DNA of 64,000 bases. Source: an uncultured Chloroflexia bacterium. Its GTDB lineage: Bacteria > Chloroflexota > Limnocylindria > Limnocylindrales > CSP1-4. Of the stretch, positions 29,748-39,315 are shown one piece after another. The stretch lies in NCBI GenBank assembly GCA_963741085.1, contig CAVUGM010000006.1, positions 565,822 through 629,821 of the forward strand, given 5' to 3'. Under the pieces are notes generated by a model that saw only the letters and a program-made list of their open reading frames with translations, was not told the origin of the DNA and did no database searches. How positions within the stretch are numbered: the first letter of the stretch is position 1; each line of letters begins with the position of its first letter. Both the position numbers and the translations under genes were made by a program.

Positions 29748-30110
29748 TCCCGGCGTCACCGCGAACCAGCGTCCCTCGGGGTCCGAGAACGCGAAGCTCC
29801 GCGTCCCGTGGTGCTCGCCCACCTCGGTCGCCTGCACCCCCCGTCCGACGAGGGTGGCGCGCGCGGCCTCGAGGTCGTCGACGTGGAAGCAGATCGACGG
29901 CGTCGCGAGGTCGAGGCCGTCCGGGTTGTCCTGCATCATCTCCAGCGGCACGAGCTGGAACGCGAACGGCTGGTCGGCGAACCCGACCTGCGCGATCGTG
30001 AAGGCGCCCACCTCGTCGCGCCGCTTCTCCACCATGCCGACCTGCTCGACCCAGAACCTGCGGCAGGCTTCCGTGTCGTTCACGTAGAGCACGACGTATC
30101 CGACCTTCAT
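29744..30110 (-). CDS. VOC-family protein (glyoxalase/bleomycin resistance/dioxygenase fold)
   Basis: 121 aa: [26 protein letters not shown]...[13 protein letters not shown]...[19 protein letters not shown]. Stop overlaps the DUF2200 start (ATGA). Confidence 0.7.
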
Positions 30111-30477
30111 GAGCGACTCCCGACAAGCTGCGGCGACGACGGCGCTGGCGCGCCCGGCTGCCAGCGATCTGCGAGAGCCTACCGCGTGTCGTGGTGAGAT
30201 GGGTCGACCTTGTCTGGCGGGCGCCTCCTGGGCGGCCCAACTGACGACGATGCGGTGCCGATGAGGTCGGCGCCGCTGGTTCGACCTCCGTTGGCCGCGG
30301 CAAGGTCACCCTGCGAGCAGGGTAGGGGAACCCAGCTCACCCGACCTCGAGGCACAGTCCAGCACGCTGCGTTGCTGCTGGGGGGTCCGAGTCCGTCCAG
30401 AAGTGCCGGGTCTCCACTGCCCGTTCGGATCCGACGTGTCGCGCCCCCCAGCCTCAGCGCGAACTACAGACTGTCGG

Positions 30478-31359
30478 TCAGGCGCCGACCTCGGCCTCGG
30501 CGGTTGAGAGTCTGGCGCGGGTCTCGCTCCAGCGCGCCAGCGCGGCCAAAGCGGCCGCGGACGATGAACCCGGCTCGGCCGAGTAGGTGACGATCACGAG
30601 ACCCGAGTCCGCGGGGAGGTCGAGCCGTTCGTAAGCGAGAGTCAGGTCTCCGACCAGCGGATGGCGGAACCGCTTGGTGCCGCTACGGTGGACTAGCACG
30701 TCGTGGCGAGCCCACTGGACGCGGAACTCCTCGCTCCGCGTAGAGAGCAACCCGACGAGGTCCGAGAGGGCGCGGTCGTAGGGGCTGCGGCCGGCCTCGC
30801 TACGCAGCGAGGCCACAACGTCGTGGGCGCCGCGCTCCCAGTCGGCGTAGAAGGTCCTCGCGCGCGGGTCGAGGAACACGAAGCGTGCCGTGTTCGGCGG
30901 CTGGACGGGATCGCTGAACTGCTCGGAGTAGAGCGCCGCCGCCAGCGGGTTGGCGTAGAGGATGTCGAGGCGCCCGTTGCGGACGAACGCCGGCATGTCC
31001 GCCATCGCGTCGACGATCCGCTGCACACTGGGGCGGACCCGCTGCGGGGCCGACGCTCGTCGGGGCGGCCGAGCCGTGTTCGCGGCCCGGACCAGGTCGA
31101 GCAGGTGCTCGCGCTCGGCCTCGTCGAGCTGAAGGGCGCGGCTCACGCCATCGAGCACGTCATCGGACACGCCACGGGCGTTGCCTCGCTCCAGGCGGGT
31201 GTAGTACTCGACGCTGATCCCCGCGAGCAGGGCGACCTCCTCGCGACGCAGCCCGTTCACCCGGCGCGTCCGGCCGTACACCGGCAGGCCCGCACGCTCA
31301 GGGGTTACCTTCGCGCGACGGGTCGTCAGGAAGTCGCGGATCTCATCGGCGTTGGCCAT
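30478..31359 (-). CDS. MmyB-like transcriptional regulator (N-terminal XRE-type HTH plus MmyB-like ligand-binding domain)
   Basis: LRREEVALLAGISVEYYTRLERG (HTH) then ...VRNGRLDILYANPLAAALY...FVFLDPRARTFYADWE...VGDLTLAYERLDLP. Divergent from the AKR gene. Confidence 0.75.
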   Translation of the reverse strand: MANADEIRDFLTTRRAKVTPERAGLPVYGRTRRVNGLRREEVALLAGISVEYYTRLERGNARGVSDDVLDGVSRALQLDEAEREHLLDLVRAANTARPPRRASAPQRVRPSVQRIVDAMADMPAFVRNGRLDILYANPLAAALYSEQFSDPVQPPNTARFVFLDPRARTFYADWERGAHDVVASLRSEAGRSPYDRALSDLVGLLSTRSEEFRVQWARHDVLVHRSGTKRFRHPLVGDLTLAYERLDLPADSGLVIVTYSAEPGSSSAAALAALARWSETRARLSTAEAEVGA

Positions 31360-31528
31360 GTCGACGCCACGGTACGGGGTCGCGGCAACGGGAGGGAGGT
31401 ACTCGCAGTACCCCTATGACGGGTGCCTTCCTCCGTTCGCGTTCGGGTGGTTCCATGTGGGCGTGACGAACCCCCGCCCTTCCCGACCACGACGCGTCGC
31501 CCGGCAACCCACGACCCAGGAGAAGGCC

Positions 31529-32422
31529 ATGAGCCAGCCCAAGATCACCCTCAACAACGGCGTCGAGCTGCCCGCCCTCGGCTTCGGCGTCTTCCAGACC
31601 CCGCCCGAGCAGACCCAGGCCGCCGTCGAGGAGGCCCTGCACATCGGCTACCGCATGATCGACACGGCCGCCTCGTACGGCAACGAGCGCGAGGTCGGCG
31701 CGGCGATCGCGGCGAGCGGTCTCGCACGCTCGGACATCTTCGTCCAGACCAAGCTCTGGGTCAGCGACTACGGCTATGACGCCGCCCTCCACGGGTTCGA
31801 GGTGAGCACCCGCAAGCTCGGGCTCGACACCGTCGACCTCTACCTGCTCCACCAGCCGCTGCCGCAGGCGTTCGACGACACGGTCGGCGCCTACAAGGCG
31901 GCCCAGCGCCTTCTCGCCGAGGGCCGGGCCCGCGCCATCGGCGTGTCGAACTTCAGCCCGGCGCATCTCGCGGCGTTCCTGCCCCGGGTCGAGGTGGTGC
32001 CCGCGGTTAACCAGGTCGAGGTGCACCCCTACTACAACCAGCCCGCGCTGCGCGCCGAGCACGCGCGCCTGGGCATCGCGACCCAGGCGTGGTCGCCCCT
32101 CGGCGGGGTGATGGTCTACCGCCCCTCGGACGCCGACGCGCCGCAGAACGCCCTGGCGGACCCTGTGATCACGGCGATCGCAGCGCGTCACGGCAAGACA
32201 CCGGCACAAGTCGTCCTGCGCTGGCACATCGACAGCGGCCGGTCCGCGATCCCGAAGTCCGTTCGGCCGCAGCGGATCGCCGAGAACCTCGACGTGTTCG
32301 GCTTCTCGCTGAGCCCGGACGAGATCGCGGCGATCGACACGCTCGACACGGGCGTGCGGGGCGGGCCGAACCAGGACGAGCTCGACTTCCGGACGTTCAA
32401 CCGGCCGATCCCGGAGGCATGA
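31529..32422 (+). CDS. Aldo/keto reductase (AKR family)
   Basis: LNNGVELPALGFGVFQ; IGYRMIDTAASYGNE (catalytic Tyr); LWVSDYG; VDLYLLHQP; IPKSVRPQRIAENLDVF. SD AGGAGAAGG upstream. Confidence 0.85.
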   Translation: MSQPKITLNNGVELPALGFGVFQTPPEQTQAAVEEALHIGYRMIDTAASYGNEREVGAAIAASGLARSDIFVQTKLWVSDYGYDAALHGFEVSTRKLGLDTVDLYLLHQPLPQAFDDTVGAYKAAQRLLAEGRARAIGVSNFSPAHLAAFLPRVEVVPAVNQVEVHPYYNQPALRAEHARLGIATQAWSPLGGVMVYRPSDADAPQNALADPVITAIAARHGKTPAQVVLRWHIDSGRSAIPKSVRPQRIAENLDVFGFSLSPDEIAAIDTLDTGVRGGPNQDELDFRTFNRPIPEA

Positions 32423-32465
32423 CGATGCAGACGCGCGCCCTCGGGCAGGGACTCACCGTCCCATG

Positions 32466-32663
32466 AGTGGTGGAGGAACTGGACGCTGCCACCAAGGTAG
32501 CCGGCCGCCAGGATGAGGACGAGCACCACGAACGGTGCGACGCCCGGTCCGTGAGCCGCGACGCCGGCCGCGACGACGAGCAGGTCGCCGGGCACCGGGA
32601 TCGGCAGCCCGCCTCCTTGACCACGAGGAGCACGACCAGCCCGAGGACCGCAGCCGCATCCAC
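32466..32663 (-). pseudogene. DedA/SNARE-associated family N-terminal remnant (frameshifted and truncated)
   Basis: MDAAAVLGLVVLLVVKEAG in one frame, then GLPIPVPGDLLVVAAGVAAHGPGVAPFVVLVLILAAGYLGGSVQFLHHSW* in another. Only ~65 aa of a normally ~200-aa protein; the remainder would run antisense into the AKR gene. Confidence 0.35.
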
Positions 32664-32799
32664 GACTCAGTCCCGCTCGGCGCGGCGGAGGGATGGCGGG
32701 AGGTGGGGATCGAGACCCGGCGGGATCACGTCGCTCTCGACCGCTGCGAGGCCTCGATTGGCCGGTGGAGTGGACGTCCGTGGACACCCCGGGAGGCAC

Positions 32800-33375
32800 G
32801 TCGAGCGCCGCGCGGAGTCTGCGGTAGGAGGCGTCGAGGAGCCGGGCGACCTCGGGCCAGTACGCCCTGCCGGACCCGGCCGGCCCATCAGGATCCGACG
32901 CTGCTCCCCTGTCCCGCACCTCGGCGGCGAGGCCCCGGAGCCTGCCGGCCTCCTCGACCGATGCCGGCGGGAGCGTATAGAGCGTCGCGTACAGGGCGGC
33001 GATTGCTTCGCCCGCCGCCTCGCCGGCGGACAGGCCGATCTCCCGCCGGACGACCCACCAGCGCAGCTCGAGCCGTGCAACCTCGTGCGCATCAACGCCC
33101 TCGGGAATGCCAAGCGCGCGGTAGCCGCGAACGATGTCCGGCAGGAAGCGGTCGTAGCCCTCGGAGGAGCGGCCGAACCGGGCGGCACCCCGCGCGAGAC
33201 AGCCAGCGGCGACCACCGCACGCACCCAGCCGGCACCCGCCTGCTCGCGGTTCGCGAGAACGAGCAGCCCGAACAGCCGGAGCGCCTGGCGGCGGTAGTA
33301 AGCCTTCCACATGCGTAGCTCGAGGAACGCCAGCCGTGCTGGGTCGAAGGACCGTCCCCAATGTGCCCGGGTCAT
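32800..33375 (-). CDS. Hypothetical protein (~190 aa)
   Basis: MTRAHWGRSFDPARLAFLELRMWKAYYRRQALRLFGLLVLANREQ...YRALGIPEGVDAHEVARLELRWWVVRREIG...AIAALYATLYTL. Protein-like composition; the 3' end is uncertain. Confidence 0.4.
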
Positions 33376-34080
33376 GGCGAGACTCTCAGGGCACGGTCAA
33401 CCTGCGGCGACGCGCCTGTAAACAGCTTCCAGTGCCCCTCGGAGACGACTTCGACGGTTCCGTTGGTCACCTTGATGGCGGTCTGATCGTCGATCGCGTA
33501 CGCCGGCACCTGGCATGCCGGCGGCCCATCTTTCCGCGTTGGCCATGGAATTGTCCGGCATGTTCTCGTGATCCAGGTGCGGAAAGATCGAGAAGTCAAC
33601 CATGCCCAGCGCGCTATCGCCGCCGGTGGGCGGCTTCCAGCCGACGAAGTCCTCCCCGATGTTTGGGGTCATGACCATGCTTCCGGCGCTCAGTCCCACC
33701 CAGACTGCCTCGTGCAGCGACGGCAAGAGGTCTGCCAGTCCGGACTGGCGCATCCAGTAGCACAGGTACAGGGCATCGCCGCCTTCCACCAACAGGACGT
33801 CAGTCTCCCGGACCATGGGGACCCAAAGCTCTTCATCGATGCTGGGCAACGCGGTGAGCTCCAGCACGCCCAGGGACTTCCAGCCCAGTTCGCACATGGG
33901 GGTCCTGGGTTCTCGCCCGCTGATGAACCGCCATGCATGGCCAGCACCGCCGGGGTTTGCGTACGCGCCGGTGGGAATGCAGAGAGCGCTGGACTCGGCA
34001 ATCGGTTTGCCCAGGAGGTCGACCAGCGCATCGTGGATGCTCGGGTTCTTGATGCCAGCTGATGTGAGAAGAAACTTCAT
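33372..34080 (-). CDS. Peptidase E-like / type-1 glutamine-amidotransferase-like (S51 family); frameshift near 33530
   Basis: MKFLLTSAGIKNPSIHDALVDLLGKPIAESSALCIPTGAY...LLVEGGDALYLCYWMRQSGL...VGLSAGSMV (nucleophile Ser). C-terminus YAIDDQTAIKVTNGTVEVVSEGHWKLF in an adjacent frame. Confidence 0.65.
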
Positions 34081-34295
34081 GGTGCCTCTCCTTCGGCTGC
34101 GGCATACCGAATCTGGTCGTCCCGGCCGTGTACCGGTCCCGGTGCGGGTCCCGAGTCCCCGAGGTCCGTCCGGGGGCGCCAGTCCTTGCCCGCCGATGAC
34201 CACCCGGCCGGCGGTTGTCGGAGACCTCGACGGGGGACTCTCTGACGCCAGTCTCCCGACGTGCGATGACGTGCCACGCCAAGGCGCAGCGACCC

Positions 34296-34907
34296 TCAGC
34301 CGACGGTCCCGAAGGCCGGCCGGCCGGCTGGTCGATAGGTCTGGATCGTCACGCCTGACGGCGTCGACCGCGACTCGGCCAGCGTCAGGGCATGCGTCGG
34401 GCCGTGCTCCGGGAAGAGCCGAAGCCCGTCGCCCAGCACGACGGGGTAGAGCAGCAGGTAGAGCTCGTCGACCAGGTCCCGCTCGAGGAGCCACCGCAGC
34501 AGCTTGCCGCTGCCATGGACCTGAAGCTCGCGCCCAGGCTTCGCCTTGAGCTCGCGCACCGCCGCCTCGACGCCGCCCTCGATGACGTGGGTGTTCTGCC
34601 ACGTCGGGTCCTTGAGCGTGATCGAGGGCACGTACTTGGGCAGGACGTTGATGCCGTGGGAGACCGGATCGCCCCCATCGTTGTGCGGCCAGTACTCAGC
34701 CCAGATATCCCACGTCTTGCGTCCGAGCAGCAACCCGTCCGCGCGCTCGTACACCGAGGTGATGAACCGCCAGGTCTCCTCGTTGGCATACGGCGCCAGC
34801 CATCCGCCGCGCTCGAAGCCGCCGCGTCGGTCCTCGTCGGGGCCCCCGGGACCCTGGTACACGCCGTCCAAGGTCAGGAACAGCATGGCGGTCAGCTTCA
34901 TGGTCAT
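34296..34907 (-). CDS. Dihydrofolate-reductase-like family protein (RibD C-terminal domain / YwjB-like)
   Basis: MKLTAMLFLTLDGVYQGPGGPDED...WLAPYANEETWRF...DGLLLGRKTWDIWAEYWP...LQVHGSGKLLRWLLERDLVDELYLLLYPVVLGDGLRLF. Confidence 0.8.
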   Translation of the reverse strand: MTMKLTAMLFLTLDGVYQGPGGPDEDRRGGFERGGWLAPYANEETWRFITSVYERADGLLLGRKTWDIWAEYWPHNDGGDPVSHGINVLPKYVPSITLKDPTWQNTHVIEGGVEAAVRELKAKPGRELQVHGSGKLLRWLLERDLVDELYLLLYPVVLGDGLRLFPEHGPTHALTLAESRSTPSGVTIQTYRPAGRPAFGTVG

Positions 34908-35125
34908 CGCCCCCCTGCGAGTGATCGTCGATGGCTAGATTACCGTTCGGAAGCGGAGGCGTCGGCGAGCCATGGAGAACCCATCGCCGAACGCCCAGGC
35001 AAGGTTGCTTGCGTCACGGGGGCGACCGTCGAGCGCTCGTGTCGCAGACGGTCCGACTCGCCGCCGGGCTTGGCTTGGCGGCTCGGCTCCACGAGGCGGC
35101 TTCGGTACAATCACGCACCCAAGCT

Positions 35126-35942
35126 GAGGGACCGGATGGCGCTCTTCATGGACCGTCACGACCTGCCCGGCATCACAGCCGAACAGGTCGCAGCAGCCCA
35201 TCTGACGGACCTCCAGATCGAGTCGAAGTACGGCGTCACGTTCCTCGCCTACTGGTTCGATGCCGATCACGGTGAGGTGTTCTGTCTCGCTCGAGCCCCA
35301 ACGCCCGAGGACATGCAGGCGGTCCACCGGGAGGGGCATGGTCTCATTCCCAACGAGATCATCGCGGTCTCCGAGGACGACGTCTTCCGCTTCCTTGGCA
35401 AGGTCAACGACCCCGTCGACCGCACCCGGATCAGAGGGGCCTTCCGGACGATCTTGTTCACCGACCTGAAGGGATCAACGTCTCTGCTCCAGGAAGTTGG
35501 CGAGGGAGCCTACATGGGCCTGCTTGCTGAGCATGATGTGATCATCCGACGGTCGCTCGTGACGTGGCAGGGACGCGAGGTCAAGCACACCGGCGACGGG
35601 ATCATGGCCTCGTTCGAGGATGTGTCGAATGCACTTGGATGCGCGCTGGCGATCCAGGACGGCTTCGAGGCGCGGCTGTCCGACGGAGCGACACGAGAGC
35701 TTCGGGTACGAATAGGGATCGCAGCCGGTGAACCGGTTGACCACAACGACGACCTGTTCGGCTCCACGGTCAATCTCGCCAGCCGGATCTGTGATGCGGC
35801 TGAGCCCGGCCGCATCCTCACAGCAGACCTCGTCCGCGAGATGGGGACCGAGAGGGGCTTCTCGTTTGGGCGGGGTCAGGACGTCGAGCTGAAGGGGTTC
35901 GGCCGGGTTCGGGTCTTCGAGCTTCTGCGGCCCCGCCCCTGA
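35126..35942 (+). CDS. Adenylate/guanylate cyclase catalytic domain protein with N-terminal DUF4242-like domain
   Basis: N-terminus MALFMDRHDLPGITAEQVAAAHLTDLQIESKYGVTFLAYWFD (DUF4242-like); cyclase domain ILFTDLKGSTSL...VKHTGDGIMASF...GIAAGEPV...DLFGSTVNLASRI. Confidence 0.8.
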
Positions 35943-36092
35943 GGTCTCTGGGCGTCCTGATCGACCGCAATCAAGAGTGGGGCTCAAGTCAGCCAACCTC
36001 GAGGTACCAGTCCAGCCCGCTGCGCTGGTGCTGGCGGTTCGAGTCCGTCGGGTCCGGTGGCTCCGTCCGCGATTCGGATCCCTCGGGGGACA

Positions 36093-37547
36093 TCAGGCCG
36101 GTATGGCAAACGCGGCGGCGATCAGCGCGTCGACAGCCGCGCGAAGCGCCGAGCCGACCTGCGCATCGACGGCATGCTGGTCGATGAGGGCGCCAACCTG
36201 CGTCGCCAGACGTTGCACCTCGGATCGAGCGCCACGTACGTCACCGCTGGCGATCGAACGGTCGAAGGCGTCGAGGCCGCCCTCGAGATCCTTCACCTCG
36301 CCTCCCTTGAGGCCGCCCTTTCCTCGTGCAGAGGCCACTGCCGCTCGCATGGCCGTGCTGGCGGCCCTGGCGTCGGCATACGGATCTGTGCTCGCGGTCG
36401 GAACCGGGGAGGCTGTCGGAGTGGGTGACGGGACGGGCGTCGGCGTCGTTCGGGTGCTCGCCGATGGCGACGGCGAGATGCCCGTTCCAGAGGCTGCCGG
36501 GGAGGGCGAGGACCGGTCCGCCGAGCTGCCCGACCTGAGAATCATGAGCGCCATCGTCGCGAGGACGAGCCCCGCGACAACGACGCCGACGACGAGCAGT
36601 CGACGGTCCCTGCCGCCGGACGACGCAGCGGCGGTCGACTCGGCGGCATCTCCACCGAGTGGCAGCGCGGCCAGCGTCGTCACATCCTCGCTCGCTCGCG
36701 ACCCAGGCTGGGGCCGCGAACGAGCGAGCGCCTCTGACAGCGCCGTGCCGAACTCGGCGGCGGTCGGGCGACGCGCGGGATCAGCGTCGAGGGCTCGAGC
36801 GATCGCGGGATCGAACGCCGGACCAACGTCGGGGTTCAGGACGGAGACGGAGACAACCGGCCGGACACCCGCCGCGACCACCTCGTTGAGGCTGCCGGCG
36901 GGCCGCGGGAGGTGCCCCGTCAGTCCCAGGAAGGCGATGACCCCAAGTGCGTGGACGTCACTGGCTGGGCTTGCCGGTTGGCCGGCCAGCTGCTCGGGGG
37001 CGAGATAGGCGATGGTGCCGACGATTGCCCCGGTAGCGGTCAGTTCGCTCGGCCCGTCGGCGGCGATCCCGAGGTCGGCGACCCGGGCACGCCCGCTGGT
37101 CAGGAGGACGTTTGACGGCTTGAGGTCGCGGTGCACGATGCCTCGCGCATGAAGAGCGTCGAGGCCCTCTGCGACGTCGACGAGGATCGGGACGAGTTCG
37201 TCGGGAGGCACGGCGTGGGTCGCCGAGCCCCCCAGACGATCGGCGAGCGATCCGCCATCGCACAGGTCCATCACCAGGAATGGCCCGGCTCCTGTCGCGA
37301 GGTCGGCCGGCTCGACATCGTGGATCGCTACGACATTCGGATGGTCGATCGCGGCCAGGACGCGAGCCTCGTGATCGAAACGCTCGGCGACGACGGGATC
37401 CGTGGCGTGGTTCGCGAGCAGCACCTTCAAGGCGACGTCACGTTGAAGTCGCAGGTCTCGGGCGCGGAAGACGGTGGCGAACCCGCCTGACCCGATCGGG
37501 GCGTCGAGCCGGTACCGCCCAGCCAGCAGGTCACCGGTCTTGGGCAT
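36093..37547 (-). CDS. Ser/Thr protein kinase with TM segment and Ala/Pro/Ser-rich extracytoplasmic C-terminal region
   Basis: GSGGFATVFRARD...VALKVL; HPNVVAIHDV; IVHRDLKPSNVLL; DLGIA; TIAYLAPE; TM segment LLVVGVVVAGLVLATMALMIL. Confidence 0.85.
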   Translation of the reverse strand: MPKTGDLLAGRYRLDAPIGSGGFATVFRARDLRLQRDVALKVLLANHATDPVVAERFDHEARVLAAIDHPNVVAIHDVEPADLATGAGPFLVMDLCDGGSLADRLGGSATHAVPPDELVPILVDVAEGLDALHARGIVHRDLKPSNVLLTSGRARVADLGIAADGPSELTATGAIVGTIAYLAPEQLAGQPASPASDVHALGVIAFLGLTGHLPRPAGSLNEVVAAGVRPVVSVSVLNPDVGPAFDPAIARALDADPARRPTAAEFGTALSEALARSRPQPGSRASEDVTTLAALPLGGDAAESTAAASSGGRDRRLLVVGVVVAGLVLATMALMILRSGSSADRSSPSPAASGTGISPSPSASTRTTPTPVPSPTPTASPVPTASTDPYADARAASTAMRAAVASARGKGGLKGGEVKDLEGGLDAFDRSIASGDVRGARSEVQRLATQVGALIDQHAVDAQVGSALRAAVDALIAAAFAIPA

Positions 37548-37819
37548 GACCCGAGGGTACCTGAGCGCTGCCAGATTTCGCCCGGCATGATTGGCGACGA
37601 GACTGGGACACGGGACTCATCGCTCGGCGGAGAAGCCGGGAAGGCTCGAGTCCGGCCATCAAACCCAGCCCTCAGCGGCCGACGCAGTCCCTGCGCCACG
37701 GCCAAGGGGCGAGACCCCGACCCTGACGGCCGACATCCCGCCCCCCGGTGTCGTGTTTCTCGAGGGAATCGATCGAACCGAGCCGGGGAGCGTCCGGTCG
37801 GCTCACCCGGCTGCCGGGG

Positions 37820-38173
37820 TCAGAGTTCCGCGACCAGCTTCCCGAAGACGGCGAACTGGCGCTCGAGGCCGGCGCCGATGAATGCGCCGATGACGCCGAT
37901 GTTGTGGAGACAGAGACCGGCGCGGGCGTTGAAGCCCGTGAACTCATCGCTGCGGCGCACACGGTCGAGCTTCTCGGCCTCCCCACGAATGAGCAGGAAG
38001 CCACCCAGATCGCCCCCGTGCGGCTCCAGGAAGACTGGCTCGAAGCTCTCGATCTCACCCCGCTGCTGGAGCCCGCCGTAGTACGCGAGCACCTCGCCGA
38101 ACAGGGTCTGCGCACGCTGCTCGCGACCGACGATGGTTGGCCCCCAGCCGATGAAGATTGCGCTATCAGCCAT
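37820..38173 (-). CDS. Hypothetical small cytoplasmic protein (~117 aa), paralogue of 63601..63957
   Basis: MADSAIFIGWGPTIVGREQRAQTLFGEVLAYYGGLQQRGEIESFEPVFLEPHGGDLGGFLLIRGEAEKL..., about 45% identical to the protein at 63601..63957. Preceded by conserved RNA motif copy 2. Confidence 0.5.
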   Translation of the reverse strand: MADSAIFIGWGPTIVGREQRAQTLFGEVLAYYGGLQQRGEIESFEPVFLEPHGGDLGGFLLIRGEAEKLDRVRRSDEFTGFNARAGLCLHNIGVIGAFIGAGLERQFAVFGKLVAEL

Positions 38174-38302
38174 GCTCCACCCCCCTTGTGGAAGATCGAC
38201 TGGTCGGTCTCGCCATTGGCCCAGCACGACGGTCTGGCGACCGCATGGAGACGCCGCGCTGGTGGGAACCTTCGGCCCCGTGCCCCCTGCCGTGGGCGGA
38301 GT
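38174..38302 (-). promoter_or_regulatory. Conserved structured 5'-UTR RNA motif (candidate riboswitch/cis-regulator), copy 2
   Basis: Sense: GCAUACUCCGCCCACGGCAGGGGGCACGGGGCCGAAGGUUCCCACCAGCGCGGCGUCUCCAUGCGGUCGCCAGACCGUCGUGCUGGGCCAAUGGCGAGACCGACC-(26 nt incl. AAGGGGGG SD)-AUG. Stem changes are compensatory relative to copy 1. Confidence 0.45.
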
Positions 38303-38708
38303 ATGCGCGCGGGCGTTCTTCTTGTCCCTATGTGTGCCAGCCGGACTGGTCGCACGGCACCAACCGAATGTGAAACCCGACCCGCTCATGGTCTGCACGC
38401 GGCCCCGAAGCGGAGGGGACGTCGACTCCTCGCGCTATAGCGCACCATGCCTTGTCGACGTCGCTCGGAACGTTCACGCGACAGGCATCGGCGGGGATGG
38501 CCATGGTGTGTCGGGGCTAGCCATTCTCGCCCCGACCGACGACGATCCTCGCTACGACATGAACCAGCTCTAGCCTCGTGAAGACCTACGCGAACACGAA
38601 CGGTGCGACCTGCCGCGACATGGCGCGGGAGCCGAAGGCGTCGTTCCGAGCCGTCGCGGACCGCCACGCCGGCGCGCCTTCGTCGCCTCGGAGCCTCTGA
38701 CCCTCGTC

Positions 38709-39191
38709 ATGGGACTCGCGCTGCGCAACGTCCTGTTCACCGTTGTGGTGCCGGGTCTCGGTGGGGTGTATGTCCCGTGGTGGATCCTGGCCCACGATGG
38801 CGCCACGCCGGAGCCCGTCGTCTGGCCGGCGGTCGCCGTCATCGCACTCGGGGCGGCCCTGTACTTCTGGTGCCTGTCCCTCTTCGCGACCGTTGGGCGC
38901 GGCACCCCGGGCCCATGGGATGCTCCACGGCGCTTCGTCGCGGTCGGACCGTACCGCTGGGTCCGCAACCCCATCTACATCGCGGCGCTCCTCGTGGTGG
39001 TCGGCGAGGCGTGGCTCTTCCTCTCGCTCCCGCTGCTGCTCTATGCCGGTGGACTCGCGGTGGGTGTCCACCTGTTCGTCATCGGGTACGAGGAGCCGAC
39101 CCTCCGTCGCCGGTTCGGCGACGAGTACGTGACGTACCGACGGCATGTCCGGCGTTGGATCCCGCGTCCACCGCGACGGGACCGGCCATAG
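38709..39191 (+). CDS. Isoprenylcysteine carboxyl methyltransferase (ICMT)/phospholipid methyltransferase family membrane protein
   Basis: Four TM segments. C-terminal block GPYRWVRNPIYIAALLVVVGEAWLF...IGYEEPTLRRRFGDEYVTYRRHVRRWIP. Confidence 0.7.
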   Translation: MGLALRNVLFTVVVPGLGGVYVPWWILAHDGATPEPVVWPAVAVIALGAALYFWCLSLFATVGRGTPGPWDAPRRFVAVGPYRWVRNPIYIAALLVVVGEAWLFLSLPLLLYAGGLAVGVHLFVIGYEEPTLRRRFGDEYVTYRRHVRRWIPRPPRRDRP

Positions 39192-39315
39192 CGCCCGACC
39201 GCCGGCTCCCGCCAGGTTGGTTCGCACCGGCCCGCGACGCTTGCGGCCTTGGGTGGTCTCATGACCACATGAACACGAATACCATCCCTTGGACGCAACC
39301 CACCAGAGGCATCCC

